Shown here: positions 14,801 to 27,748 of the stretch, in pieces
Numbering within the stretch: the stretch's first letter is position 1
How the letters are laid out: each line of letters opens with the position of its first letter
NCBI GenBank assembly: GCA_032718475.1
Contig: JAUCBJ010005935.1
Location: 62,001 to 126,000, forward strand
Source of the DNA: Nemertoderma westbladi
Lineage: Eukaryota > Animalia > Xenacoelomorpha
DNA: 64,000 bases
Direction of reading: 5' to 3'
Notes under the pieces: model-generated
Told to the model about the DNA's origin: nothing
Seen by the model: only the letters and a program-made list of their open reading frames with translations
Databases searched by the model: none
Made by a program: the position numbers and the translations under genes

Positions 14801-17800
14801 GAACCATAACTTTTACAGTTGTTGTTAGAAAACTTAAGTTGCAAATAAAACTCTTTGGTATCGAAACAGTCAAGCTCTTTCATCAATAGTATCTTATAGT
14901 CTTTTACAGCGAAATAATTGTTCTTTGGATCAGGGATTATGAGATAAACAGATGGCAGTTTTCCTTGAAATATTGCTGATATATCCAATAATGATGTTGA
15001 TATTTGTGAATTATCTGGAATAGATAATTCAGTATGTAGTGAAGGTATATCACAGCATGGGCGGGGAAGTTTTGTTGTACAAGGTGTTGGAGTAGGTGTT
15101 GTTAAAATAGCTGGGCATGATGTCGCTTTATATGTTGTTGGACAAGATACCGGAGTAGTTGTAGTTGTGGATTCAATGCAGTCTATTATGATATTTACTG
15201 ATCCATAACTATTACAGTTGTTGTTGGAGAATTTAAATTGTAAATAGAACTCTTTGGTATCAAAACAGTCAAGCTCTTTCTTCAAAATTATCATATAATC
15301 TTTTAAAGCAAAATAATTGTTCTTTGGATCTGGATTTATGAGATAAACAGATGGCAGTTCTCCTTGAAATATTGCCGATATATCCAATAATGATGTTGAT
15401 ATTGGTGAATTATCTGGAATAGATAATTCAGCATGTAGTGAAGGAATATCACAGCATGGGCGGGGAAGTTTTGTTGTACAAGGTGTTGGAGTAGGTGTTG
15501 TTAAAATAGCTGGGCATGATGTCGCTTTATATGTTGTTGGACAAGATACCGGAGTAGTTGTAGTTGTGGATTCAATGCAGTCTATTATGATATTTACTGA
15601 TCCATAACTATTACAGTTGTTGTTGGAGAATTTAAATTGTAAATAGAACTCTTTGGTATCAAAACAGTCAAGCTCTTTCTTCAAAATTATCATATAATCT
15701 TTTAAAGCAAAATAATTGTTCTTTGGATCTGGATTTATGAGATAAACAGATGGCAGTTCTCCTTGAAATATTGCCGATATATCCAATAATGATGTTGATA
15801 TTGGTGAATTATCTGGAATAGATAATTCAGCATGTAGTGAAGGAATATCACAGCAAGGGCGGGGAAGTTTTGTTGTACAAGGTGTTGGAGTAGGTGTTGT
15901 TAAAATAGCTGGGCATGATGTCGCTTTATATGTTGTTGGACAAGATACCGGAGTAGTTGTAGTTGTGGATTCAATGCAGTCTATTATGATATTTACTGAT
16001 CCATAACTATTACAGTTGTTGTTGGAGAATTTAAATTGTAAATAGAACTCTTTGGTATCAAAACAGTCAAGCTCTTTCTTCAAAATTATCATATAATCTT
16101 TTAAAGCAAAATAATTGTTCTTTGGATCTGGATTTATGAGATAAACAGATGGCAGTTCTCCTTGAAATATTGCCGATATATCCAATAATGATGTTGATAT
16201 TGGTGAATTATCTGGAATAGATAATTCAGCATGTAGTGAAGGTATATCACAGCATGGGCGGGGAAGTTTTGTTGTACAAGGTGTTGGAGTAGGTGTTGTT
16301 AAAATAGCTGGGCATGATGTCGCTTTATATGTTGTTGGACAAGATACCGGAGTAGTTGTAGTTGTGGATTCAATGCAGTCTATTATGATATTTACTGATC
16401 CATAACTATTACAGTTGTTGTTGGAGAATTTAAATTGTAAATAGAACTCTTTGGTATCAAAACAGTCAAGCTCTTTCTTCAAAATTATCATATAATCTTT
16501 TAAAGCAAAATAATTGTTCTTTGGATCTGGATTTATGAGATAAACAGATGGCAGTTCTCCTTGAAATATTGCCGATATATCCAATAATGATGTTGATATT
16601 GGTGAATTATCTGGAATAGATAATTCAGCATGTAGTGAAGGAATATCACAGCAAGGGCGGGGAAGTTTTGTTGTATATGGGGTTGGTGTAGGTGTCGTGA
16701 ATGTAGCTGGGCATGATGTCGCTTTATATGTTGTTGGACAAGATACTGGAGTTGTTGTAGTTGTTGATTCAATGCAGTCTATTATGACATTTACTGATCC
16801 ATAACTATTGCAGTTATTATTTGAGAATTTAAGTTGTAAATAGAACTCTTTGGTATCGAAACAGTCAAGCTCTTTCTTCAAAATTATCATATAATCTTTT
16901 ATAGCAATATAATTGTTCTTTGGATCAGGGTTTATGAGATAAACAGATGGCAGTTTTCCTTGAAATACTGCTGATATGTCCAATAATGATGTTGATGTTA
17001 GTGAATTATCTGGAATAGATAATTCAGCATGTAGTGAAGGTATATCACAGCAAGGGCGGGGAAGTATTGTTGTACAAGGTGTTGGAGTAGGTGTTGTTAA
17101 AATAGCTGGGCATGATGTCGCTTGATATGTAGTTGGACAAGATACAGGTGTTGTGGTAGTTGTTGATTCAATGCAGTCTATTATGATATTGACAGAACCG
17201 TAACTATTGCAGTTATTGTTTGAGAATTTAAGTTGTAAATAAAATTCTTTGGTATCGAAACAGTCAAGCTCTTTCTTCAGAATTATTATGTAGTCTTTTA
17301 TAGCAAAATAATTATTCCTTGGATCAGGGTTTATGAGATAAACAGATGGCAGTTTTCCTTGAAATACTGCTGATATGTCCAATAATGATGTTGATATTGG
17401 TGAATTATCTGGAATAGATAATTCAGCATGTAGTGAAGGTATATCACAGCAAGGGCGGGGAAGTTTTGTTGCACAAGGTGTTGGAGTAGGTGTTGTTAAA
17501 ATAGCTGGGCATGATGTTGCTTTATAGGTAGTTGGACAAGATACAGGTGTTGTGGTAGTTGTTGATTCAATGCAGTCTATTATGACATTTACTGATCCAT
17601 AACTATTACAGTTGTTGTTGGAAAATTTAAGTTGTAAATAAAACTCTTTGGTATCGAAACAGTCAAGCTCTTTCTTCAAAATTATCATATAATCTTTTAT
17701 AGCAAAATAATTGTTCTTTGGATCTGGATTTATGAGATAAACAGATGGCAGTTCTCCTTGAAATATTGCCGATATATCCAATAATGATGTTGATATTGGT

Positions 17801-18753
17801 GAATTATCTGGAATAGATAATTCAACATGGAGTGAAGGTATATCACAGCATGGGCGGGGAAGTTTTGTTGTATATGGTGTTGGTGTAGGTGTTGTGAATG
17901 TAGCTGGGCATGATGTCGCTTTATATGTTGTTGGACAAGATACTGGAGTTGTTGTAGTTGTTGATTCAATGCAGTCTATTATGACATTGACTGATCCATA
18001 ACTATTGCAGTCATTGTTTGAGAATTTAAGTTGTAAATAAAACTCTTTGGTATCAAAACAGTCAAGCTCTTTCTTCAAAATTATCATGTAATCTTTTATT
18101 TCAAAATAATTGTTCTTTGGATCAGGGTTTATGAGATAAACAGATGGCAGTTTTCCTTGAAGTACTTCCGATATGTCCAATAATGATGTCGATATTGGTG
18201 AAGTATCTGGAATTTTTAATTCAACATGTAGTGAAGGTATATCACAGCATGGGCGGGGGAGTTTAGTTGTATATGGGGTTGGTGTAGGTGTTGTGATAGT
18301 AGCAGGACATGATGTCGCTTTATATGTAGTTGGACACGACACTGGCATATGTGTTGTTGTAATTTCTTTTCCGCATTCAACGTTGATCTTCATGGAGCCA
18401 TGCTGGAGGCAATTTCCATTTTTAAATGACAGTTGAAGATATATGTCATTAATGTCATGGCAATCGAGTTCTCTTACTAAGATTAATCTATTGAATTGTA
18501 TTTCAAAATACTTATGTTTAGGGTCTCTGTTTGTTATTTCTACACTGACTTCTGATTCTGGGAAATAGTCACCAAAATCCACAATTGTGGATAGGCCATA
18601 GCTATCAGGCACAGTGACTTCTGCGTTCAGTGTGGGGATGTGGCAACAGATAGGTGGTTGTGAAGTTGGGCATGGTGTAGGTACAATCACTGTCCCAGGT
18701 GCTTTGATATTCACTACCATAAACCCACTGCTTGGTGGTTCTAACGACTCTGC
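1..18753 (-). CDS. Giant coding exon 17 of a PCDH15/CDHR5-like mucin-cadherin; two arrays of 133-aa repeats around a unique cadherin/SEA-like core; open past the left window edge
   Basis: Acceptor tttag|GCA at 18753, starting AESLEPPSSGFMVVNIKAPG. The same minus frame reads open at 18753, across 8700-10860 (translated fully) and at position 1. An in-frame ATG near 18720 produces no ORF in the track, consistent with no stop inside the window. Cadherin motifs include NINDEFPRF, AQDAD and DTNDNPPQF. Confidence 0.9.
10745..18660 (-). repeat. Coding tandem array B: about 20 copies of the 399-bp (133-aa) unit
   Basis: Marker at 10991, 11390 ... 18173 with 399-bp spacing, plus a diverged founder-like copy at about 18360-18660 (CCHIPTLNAEVTVPDS...RELDCHD). 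Confidence 0.97.
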
Positions 18754-20276
18754 CTAAAATATAATATAAAAATTAAAATTATTTAGTGAACATCAATGTA
18801 ACCTATATAAATAAAGTATATCTTACCATTATCATAATAAAATACCAGTATAATGCATCGTGCAATGCATCCCTTATTTAGAGAATATATAATTTTTAAC
18901 TATTGTCTGAGGAAATAAATGAATGTTGGTTAAAATTGTGAATAGTATGGTATTGTACCACCAATATATCTATCTATATTATTCAACAACTGAACAAGAA
19001 CAACACGTTATGATAACAAACAATTAAACTATAACAGTAACGTAGAACAAGCGGTAAATCTCCCCCACAACCTGCAGACCTGCAACCCTTCACTGATCTG
19101 CTCTCGCCTAACGGTACTTTTCATGTAGTCTGTCCGTTCTCTCTCCCTAGTTCCATAGAGGGCGAGCCAAGTACCTTACTTTCTTCCACTACCTATTTAT
19201 ACTACATATGGTGAGTATAGATGTATTATTTGTAATTTATATAATATGAAAAATAACTCTATTGTGAGCGCATTGAAATTGAAAGATGAAGAAGATTGCT
19301 GAACAACATCTCCAGTTTTATCAAAGCTGTCCATGTTAATATTTCTCTTAAACCGCACATTATGGAATATCTTGTTTTCACACTGATCTGTTTTACATAA
19401 AAGTTTAGGGATGGGGTACCAGTTTTGCACCTCCCATGCAAAATGCCATGCACAACTTATGCAGACTTGATTTTAAGCATGGTGGTATGCGGTAAGTTTT
19501 TGTTGACATCGAAATTGAGAAGATTCGTCTTTCCAGAATAAATTGAGAGGGGAGAACTTAAGGAAAGGGCAGGAAAGGAATTGAATTGAGTCAGAAAAAT
19601 ATACAACTTTGTTGTCCATAAGAGCTTGGTGTATATTTGACATCCGACAAGTCCTAATAAAGACACTTCATATAAGCCACAGTACTTATCTATAAAGGTC
19701 CATTGGCTTTTAAACGATTAAGTATGAGAAAGCTTTCACTTTCACATTTAGGCGATATAGACTGAATAAAAAATGGCGACATCAACAGAAGTAACAACTG
19801 TAGATTGATTGCATAATGCAATTATAGTGTAGTGTGCTAATTTCCACCTTAAAACTTCCAACTTAAACTAGGAGTGTTGGTTTATTTTTACAGTAGCGCT
19901 GTGTTTATGGTGATACAAGTCAATTTTTTTTTTAAGTTAAGTAAGCAGTGTTGCAACACTACCTCATTGTATTCGATATGAAGTTACTATTATGATTAAT
20001 TTGATCAAATTGATTTATTTTTGCTCCATAGCATTTACAAAGAGTGTTCGAATCTAATGTGTTTACTAACACTTAATTGGTCTCAATGATCTCAAGTTAT
20101 TCTACATGAATCATGTTATCACGCCCTTTCCACAATAATTTATATTCAACCAACAACCAAACTGCTTGTACGACATCCTAAGGCTACAACTACTCAGGTG
20201 GTAATTCCAATCCTAAATCATCGCGAGTACTCATCGATTCTACCTGAAGTACAAACTCGTTCATCTACACACCAAC

Positions 20277-20374
20277 CTTCACTGTTATAGCAACATCGCT
20301 GACCAACGCTTCATTTAGAGTTATCTGTCCATTGTCTTTATTAATTTGTATCCCCGTGGTAGCAGTTGGAAATA
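20277..20374 (-). CDS. Cadherin exon 16
   Basis: ttatag|TA...FPTATTGIQINKDNGQITLNEALVSDVAITVK|gttggt; phases 1/0 match the neighbouring exons. Confidence 0.85.
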
Positions 20375-20626
20375 CTATAATATTAACAAATACCTTAATA
20401 AAAAAGACCTGTCAAAATTCAGAAAGAATCTAAAAAAACAATAAATATATAAATCCAGAATACTTTCTTTGACATAGTTAAAAATTAATTGAAGGTTAAT
20501 ATTATGTTAGACACTGATATGAATCAATATTTGGCATAATTGACCAACAGATGAACCAGAGAATATCTTGTATACACAAACAATAACTAATCAATCGCGC
20601 AGTAACCTTCACTACTTCACTCTCAC

Positions 20627-20769
20627 CCGAAGCAATGGAATAGGTGACTCCAGTTCCAGTAGCTTTGATCTCAGTAACTGTGTCACCCGTCGTTAAACTT
20701 TTGTAAGTATCAATGTTTGCCGGCAATATCAACGTCTCATCATATATTGCTTCATAGGTTACAGCGCAC
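20627..20769 (-). CDS. Cadherin exon 15
   Basis: ctag|G CAVTYEAIYDETLILPANIDTYKSLTTGDTVTEIKATGTGVTYSIAS g|gtgag; phases 2/1. Confidence 0.85.
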
Positions 20770-21704
20770 CTAGAATGTATAAGAATCAGTTTTATTTATC
20801 CCTTACATGGATACCTGAATATTCCAGGAACTCATATACACTTAAAATATAATTTGTAAAATTGTCAAGAAAAAATTTAACAAGATACCTTTTTATACTC
20901 TTAATGTAGTTATGTAAGCTATGTACGCAGTACAAGAGACACATCCATGGGATGCTAAATATAGACAGAACCGCGTTATTAGTGTTATTTTTCGACCCAA
21001 AATATTTTTTAATAAAGTGGTAAGTATATAGTATAGCAAGCTCTGAAAAAATTGAAGCTAATTCGTCCAGAGAGTTCTCGAGGTATAATCGATCAAAGTT
21101 TACATATTTGCCAACAAAAAAACTGGGCTGGGGTGATTTAAGAAATTGGGACAAATAAGCTGGTTGCTCTCAAAGGAAAGAAAGAAATCGAGAAATATGA
21201 ATAATCAGCAGGATTTTGACCGCTGCTACTTTTTTCACCAGAATAATGTTGAACTAGATATGAAATCCGATTTCAAGCTCAATTTCAAGTTCCTGCTGGG
21301 CAACCAAAACAGGTGATATAGACTCAACTGTAGGCTGTATCCCATGTCGGTCTGCTTGTAAAACCAGAATTATAACTAAAAACTTGGATTCCCCTGGCAG
21401 GTCGTAATGTGAATTAATCATTGGATATCCTTGTTGCTCATGTAGCTTTACTACCTAGAATCTTCGATTCAGGGATCTGCTGAAGACCTCCCCAAATTCG
21501 AAAGGGTAAGGCATGTTCTACATTAGATAATCTAATAAATTGGAACGTAATGCTGTAAATTTTTATTATTTGCCATTATTTTACATCATTAAATAATCTA
21601 TCAATGATTTAGAAATCACAGGCAGTAACACTTCCTCTGATGGTGAAATTATTAAGGGAAGCATTAAATCCAGTGCTGCATTACTGTAAATTTTAAACAC
21701 TTAC

Positions 21705-21808
21705 CTAAGCAAACCAGTTGGACAGGTTCCGAATTGGAGAGACAAAGTTTCACCTGGTTCTCGAATGTTAATTGTAACAGAGGTTGTAGCACTATTACCA
21801 AAGGAATC
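21705..21808 (-). CDS. Cadherin exon 14
   Basis: cacag|DSFGNSATTSVTINIREPGETLSLQFGTCPTGLL ag|gtaag; phases 0/2. Confidence 0.87.
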
Positions 21809-21972
21809 CTGTGATAATATATTTATGTTTGGTTTAATATTCATGTTTATATTCGGTTAACTAATTAATATGTATAAAATGTTACAATAGTGATAATAAT
21901 AATAATAATTATATAAACACATTAACACTAAAATAATTAATAATTAGTTCTTTAATACTATGAATATCTAAC

Positions 21973-22042
21973 CTGAGCTATGACTTGCAGAACCCTTTGA
22001 CCCGGTGAGGTAAACATCTCTGAGGAACGAATGATTCCCGTT
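21973..22042 (-). CDS. Cadherin exon 13
   Basis: ttcag|A TGIIRSSEMFTSPGQRVLQVIAQ|gttag; phases 2/0. Confidence 0.85.
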
Positions 22043-22360
22043 CTGAAATACAGTATGAATTAGACAATTCAATGGCACTAACACTACATATAACACTACT
22101 GCATGTATAAAATAAACTATTATGTGAAGAAACCTTTGCACCGTAGCGGGAAGAGTGGTAGATCTATACTGGCGAATAGTCGCTTCTATAAATCAACCAC
22201 TCATTTTTAAATTAACTATATTGACGCTAATATACTAAACTTAGCTTTATGTGATGGACATAGAATAAAGATAAATAGATAAATAAATAGATGGTAATGA
22301 TAGGCATAGGCACTACAGTATGACCACAGGTCCAGTAATATCACTTGCAACATGACTTAC

Positions 22361-22552
22361 TCTTGGTCGATTACAAAACCAGTCGCGCTTCCCGCACCGA
22401 GGCTATATGTAACATCGGCCCCAGGTTCAACTGTAACGACAGTAGCTATGGTTTCTGATGGTTCACCAGTTGCTATGGTAACGGGTAATGTTCCTTGTAT
22501 AACAGAGAATGTTGGTGTGTAGGCATTTACAGTGACAACAGCAAAAGATTGA
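22361..22552 (-). CDS. Cadherin exon 12
   Basis: ttcag|T QSFAVVTVNAYTPTFSV...ADVTYSLGAGSATGFVIDQ ga|gtaag; phases 2/2. Confidence 0.88.
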
Positions 22553-22904
22553 CTGAAAGATAGAAAACATATCATTCAATACACGAAGCTACCTTCGACA
22601 TTGATATCGAGAATGGCAACGACTCCTACAACTATATGTCCTGCAACAAAGCCCATCCTAAGCCAGTTAAAAATTAAAAGTATTAGAATTAAACATTATC
22701 ATTATTTTAATATCTAAAAGACATTAAAAATAAAAAATAAGGACAGAATTTTGTAATTATAAATAAAATAAAGATCAGCTTCTGAAGAATTTCATTAAAA
22801 TCATCCTATAGAATGAGTCAAAGGGGGGTAGGCCTCTATCTCGATTAGTGCTGCATGAGTAGCATAATTATTATTTTACTATTAAAATATCAGCCGTCAC
22901 TCAC

Positions 22905-23110
22905 CTTGGTACCACAGAACCAGTTTCTTCTGCTCTAACCAGTAATACATACTGACTCCCAGACTGTATTGCTGAGGCTTTCATTCCCTCTGTCGTTATA
23001 GAAACCTGACCTGATCCGTCGACTTCAAACAAAGTTGCACCGTTGTTGGACACAAATGGAAGGCTGTATGCGATTGGGTTGGTCTTCGTATCTTCATCGC
23101 TAGCAGAGAC
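22905..23110 (-). CDS. Cadherin exon 11
   Basis: cacag|VSASDEDTKTNPIAYSL...LFEVDGSGQVSI...YVLLVRAEETGSVVP ag|gtgag; contains the AxDxD motif; phases 0/2. Confidence 0.92.
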
Positions 23111-23174
23111 CTGTGAAAAACGATAAAGCAGATAATGCATGCATTATATGCTGATCCGATGTGCTTATCAGATA

Positions 23175-23325
23175 TGCGCCTTTCATCCACTGGGGTCGAT
23201 AAAATGAGTACCAGTTAAATAACTGGGAGCAAATCTTGGGATAGGAGTAGCGCCCACCCCTACCCTCGGGTAGCAGCTATCGAAAGAGGAGCCTTCGGGT
23301 CGCCTCCGGCTTCGGCCGACTGTTT
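23175..23325 (+). mobile_element. Probable SINE fragment
   Basis: gcctttcatccactggggtcgataaaatgagtaccag resembles, from memory, the conserved central domain of MetaSINE-type SINEs; GC-rich island within a short intron. Confidence 0.4.
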
Positions 23326-23536
23326 GCTTTTGCTTGTTTGCTATGCTTAGGAATGCATGCATATAGGACCGACCTCTGAAAGTAAAGAGCAAGGAGGTAC
23401 TGTACCATCATTATTAAGATTATTTAATACTGCAGCATCAAACCACACATTAAGGAAAATCAAATCTATTGTTACTATAAATTTTGCAGCAACTAATCTC
23501 TCAGTCAATATTACCCTGTTGTATAAGGTGACTCAC

Positions 23537-23698
23537 CTTCACTACTCCGTTCTGATTGGGTACACCGTTTGTAGTCAGGATTATTGCAGCGGTATATTGG
23601 CTGTCTGGCACGAACTTTGGAGGCGTCTCATTAATGTCTGTTACTGTAACTGCCACTTGAGTTGACTCACTTCTACCCTGGTCATCAGTGACTGTCAC
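23537..23698 (-). CDS. Cadherin exon 10
   Basis: ttag|VTVTDDQGRSESTQVAVTVTDINETPPKF...GVVK|gtgag; DINE-PP-F linker motif; phases 0/0. Confidence 0.92.
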
Positions 23699-24280
23699 CT
23701 AAACAAGTACCATATGATAGATGCAGTAGTTGGTAGATTGGGGGTTGCCCTGGCCTGGGGATATAGGTTGATTGCATGGATACTAATGGAGTGCAGTAGA
23801 TTGGCCGTGTGGAGCCCTGCAGTTAGTCGCTTATTGCTATTGGTTGCATTCCCAATCATATACTACTATTGTGCTAACAAGTTGTAACATTATTGTTTCA
23901 TATTTTATGTGTATTTACCTAATTATCAGGTTGTAGGGAGTTCGGCTGGTAGTAGTAACGGGCATATAGGGGCTCTACATAGTGGTTTGCGGGTAACTCT
24001 GTCAGAGGTGGAAGGAAGTGGTATGTTGTATTGTTTTCATCATTTTTATGCATTTTATTGTTAGAGACAGAACCAAAAATACTATTGTCTCATTTTTAAC
24101 AACTGAACTACACAGTGATAGGGGCGGACAATCACATAGAGCACGGAATCAATGCTGTGCTAATGTTTATAGATTGATGAAACCAAAAAAAATCTTGCAC
24201 TCTCAAACCCTAAGATTGGGAAAATTGATCAGATAGGGAGTAACAAGTGGCCGCGGCCGGTAATATTCATATTATAACTA

Positions 24281-24792
24281 ATTGTGGGGCGAGCCACGAA
24301 GTTGGCGGAGCCTTAGCGAATTGACACTGTTAGGGGGTGGGTCAATTTATGCAAATAGTTGTCGTCGTCGTCGTCGTCGTCGTTGTCGTCGTCGTCGTTG
24401 TCGTCGTCGTTACGATTTTGACATGCTAATAACTTTGTCGGATTTAAAGCTGCCAAGTTGAAAATTTGTAGGTATCAATATGAGCAAAAGTTGAGATTTT
24501 TGAGAGACTTTCAGACACCATCAGTGCAATGGTCTCCCGCTAGAGGGCCACATGTCTAAACATTAAATGCCCTCCCATTTCTTTGCTTTTAATCCGTTTA
24601 AGCTGAAACTTGGCAGATATGTATTAGACCATTAGCTGTGACTTTCAAAGGAGGCGAATCCATCTGCAGTTCTCCAGTCTGCCGCTAGAGGGCCAACGTG
24701 ACTATTTGCATAAATTGACCTACCCCCTAACAGTGTCAATTCGCTAAGGCTCTGCCAACTTCGTGCTGCGCGAAGTCCCCACTTCGTGTACT
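24281..24792. mobile_element. Non-autonomous Helentron/DINE-like element with (GTC)n and internal inverted repeat
   Basis: Near-identical in reverse complement to 41975-42458; inverted repeat 24297-24358 vs 24703-24764; microsatellite at 24361-24410; terminal motif shared with 41450 and 61025. Confidence 0.65.
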
Positions 24793-25469
24793 GTTATATA
24801 TAATATATATATAATTATGAGATGAGTTTTTTTTGAGGAATAGATAATTGGATTTATAAATGTTTACTAAAATATTGTTTCTTAAATTCAATCACACTAA
24901 ATGAGCTATTCAACGAAAGATAGATGTAGCCAGTTAAAATCAGTACTCCGGTATCAAGGCCAATGCCATGACCGATATTATCTAGCACATGGGCGTGAAG
25001 AATACCAGGATTTCACTTTTCGGTCGACTTTTTATTGGAATTTTATATATTAAGAAGTTTTATTTTTTTAATTTATCTTTTATTAAGTGTTTTATAGCGC
25101 TTATTTCTGTCTTATATATAACCTATACTAATTTGTTTATTGTTTTTGTTAGATTCAGCCCTTCTTGTATCCTGTGTTTTTGGTTAAAACATGGTATTCT
25201 TCACAATGGCCATGGGGGTAACGGCAAAGTGAAATATAACGGCAGAAAGTCTGGTATTTTTCATATGGGCCGTTTACACACCGTTGTTTGCGGTTGTTTG
25301 ATCACCTTGATCGATTTAAGGGGAAAGGGAAACTAACTTTATTTTTCAATATTTGTATTAATAAATGAATACGCCTTGAAGTCGGCATGTTGTTGGCTGT
25401 TATATATTATTCTTGAGATTTGCAGGACTTTTACTTAACTCTATATTAAATTATTATAAAATCATTTAC

Positions 25470-25607
25470 CTGAATATTGAATGGATCGGGGGACGTCTCC
25501 TTATCTAGACTTCCCGAGAGGCTAAGAAGCACAGCTCCATTAACTTCAGTAGCAGTGAATGGAGCGGTGCTTGGTGACACTGAGTATGTCCTATTAGGAA
25601 CCTCGCC
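25470..25607 (-). CDS. Cadherin exon 9
   Basis: tatag|GEVPNRTYSVSPSTAPFTATEVNGAVLLSLSGSLDKETSPDPFNIQ|gtaaat; LDKE motif; phases 0/0. Confidence 0.9.
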
Positions 25608-26329
25608 CTATAAATTAATAAATGGATGATTAAATGTTTGAAATATCGAAACAAAGTGGACTATATAACCTACATGTTATCAAAATATATCATTGCCCCA
25701 ATCTGTGTTACTTCTCACAGTCATCCTCCTGACACCGACCCCATCCCACCAGACTCGACACGCAACCATCATTAATCCCGTTATGCGCTCTTAGCTCGTT
25801 CGTCTTTATTGTTAAATTAAAGCGTAGATGTAACTAAATGTTGCGATGGGTGTGAGAGATAAAGAAAAAATAAATAGCGTATTCATTATATTTTTTTACT
25901 GATAATGTTCTCTATCTATCACATTTAATAATCGTTTTACTCACTTTTTTGTTTTTTGTTTTCAATTCATGTTTCAATTTTTTCCGTCTGAGAAAAACGT
26001 CAGAGAAACTTATCAAAATGACCCAAGAAACGGCCAGGCGAAAACTGTACTTTAAGGCCATTATTCGTAAATTATACTACGTTAAGTGGTTTTAATATTC
26101 GAAGAAACGTCATGATTTTATAACGTAAGATGTTTTTTTAAATGCAAAAACATTATGCTATTGGACTATATATAACGTATAATTTGTTTGGAGAAACCAA
26201 CAAATAAGCCCATTTTTCAGAAATGTTCTAACCACATTCACCAAAATGTGATTTTTAATGCATTCAGCTAAAAGCTATATTTTTTTTTATATAGTAACCT
26301 GTTAATAAATAATTTAATTTATATCTTAC

Positions 26330-26548
26330 AGGCATTAGTTTGTCCGCGTCTGTTAAAGTGAGTAACAGTGTCCGTTTTGTGGTCCCATCAATAAGTGTTG
26401 TCCCTAATGGGGAATTCTCCGGAATAACCCCGGCGAAAGAAGGTGAGCTGAAAACGGTTGGAAATTCGTTCACGCCGTTTATGTTGATCGAGATTTGGGC
26501 TCGACGATAGAAACCTTCTTGGTTGTTTAACGGATTCACCTCTAACGC
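26330..26548 (-). CDS. Cadherin exon 8
   Basis: tttag|ALEVNP...ININGVNEFPTVFSSPSFAGVIPENSPLGT...LTLTDADKLMP|gtaag; PEN and DAD motifs. Confidence 0.93.
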
Positions 26549-26679
26549 CTAAAATATATACAAAAAATAATTTTACAAACAGCTCGGAAATGGTGATGTA
26601 TAGAAATGTAACTTTCCTATTCATTTAATATACTTGGCAGCGTGTATCTTCAGTAACAGCGGTGTATCATGCTCGACAC

Positions 26680-26880
26680 TTGAACGGATCCGCCTCCACT
26701 TTGCAGGACATTGCTTTCGCCGTGACGAATAGCCAGTGCATAATCTTGCGCTTTGGCGGCCTCATGAAGTGAATAAGCATGGTGGACAGCCCATGACTTT
26801 CTTGAGACGCATCTTAAAGGACACTGGCCTTGAAGATGCGGATAATCTAGCGAAATTCGTGGGTGCTAGGAAGTTGTGTC
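26680..26880 (+). mobile_element. Degenerate 3' end of an RTE-like non-LTR retrotransposon ORF
   Basis: Translates as RIRLHFAGHCFRRDE*PVHNLALWRP...GGQPMTFLRRILKDTGL, resembling the RRLRFAGH...LW.P...GRP C-terminus of RTE-clade ORFs. Confidence 0.55.
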
Positions 26881-27046
26881 GCGTAAGTTTGACGCCAAGC
26901 CGGCAAAACTTACTTCATATATACTGTATGTAATATATATAATGCCGCTGCAATGCAGCATGCCGTCAGTCACACTTAGACATAATTCTAAATAAAATGA
27001 AGGATAATAGAGACTCTGAAACTGAAACAATATAACAATCACCAAC

Positions 27047-27204
27047 CTTTACGTAAAACACCATATTCTGGAATACTTCTCTGTCTATTGACTCTTTCAC
27101 TTCCAACTGAATTCCACGATTTTGTGAGGAATCGGTAGAAATTTCTTTTACGCTAAAATATCTATTGATTTGATCGGCAGTTAATCTGTTATCGTCAGTG
27201 ACCC
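27047..27204 (-). CDS. Cadherin exon 7
   Basis: cacag|GG VTDDNRL...YFSVKE...LEVKESIDREVFQNMVFYVK|gttggt; IDRE motif; phases 1/0. Confidence 0.9.
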
Positions 27205-27347
27205 CTGTGACAATAAATAAACGGTGAACGGTAGGAATTGCTATACCGGTATACAAATTATTGATCGGAATATTAACCTGTTACAGCGATTAGTGTAGGC
27301 CTATATAATATGTTAAACATTTATAATAATTTGTTTATGATACTTAC

Positions 27348-27527
27348 CAGGAATTAGGGAGTAACGAATATTAACTTTTGTTTTCAAGTCAATGTCAGGA
27401 TCGACCGCGTAGATAATCCTACCATCCAGATTTCCGTTTACTCCGTTTACGCTGAATGTTTCAATAGTTGTTGGACCAGATCCTTCAGTAATTGTAGCTT
27501 GGTACTTGAAGTAAAGTTCATTGGCGT
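27348..27527 (-). CDS. Cadherin exon 6
   Basis: gatag|AC ANELYFKYQATITEG...IIYAVDPDIDLKTKVNIRYSLIP g|gtaag; phases 1/1. Confidence 0.9.
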
Positions 27528-27614
27528 CTATCAAATAAGTATAATTAATTAGCTGCATGAAAAATCAAATCATAACAATTCATAAAAAAAACTACAGTCT
27601 TAATCATTAAAAAC

Positions 27615-27748
27615 TTATTATAACTTTTTGTTGGGCGCTGCTTTTGCAAAGTCGGCAATGACGTCCAGGTGGGATCGAACTGGTGACCTCCCACCTGGGC
27701 GTCATTGCCGACTTTGCAAAAGCTGTGCCCAACAAAAAGTTATAATAA
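27615..27748. repeat. Near-perfect 134-bp palindrome (hairpin)
   Basis: Arm ttattataactttttgttgggcgctgcttttgcaaagtcggcaatgacgtccaggtggga pairs with tcccacctgggcgtcattgccgactttgcaaaagctgtgcccaacaaaaagttataataa. Confidence 0.9.

Noticed and set aside
1154-18436. About 25 plus-strand 75-aa ORFs (MSNNDVDG...) that look like a tandem small-gene family
   Set aside because: They are antisense shadows of the Thr/Pro-rich minus-strand frame. They appear and disappear with synonymous changes in the real frame.
1-18660. CRISPR-like or non-coding satellite interpretation of the 399-bp arrays
   Set aside because: There are no unique spacers, the unit length is a multiple of 3, the minus frame is open, and the context is a spliced eukaryotic gene.
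18827-18872. Possible 46-nt microexon (strong gtaag donor at 18826) before the giant exon
   Set aside because: It would need a weak AAG acceptor and an alternative downstream acceptor, and it disrupts a good cadherin strand pattern (ITVK-AESLEPPSS). It cannot be excluded without RNA data.
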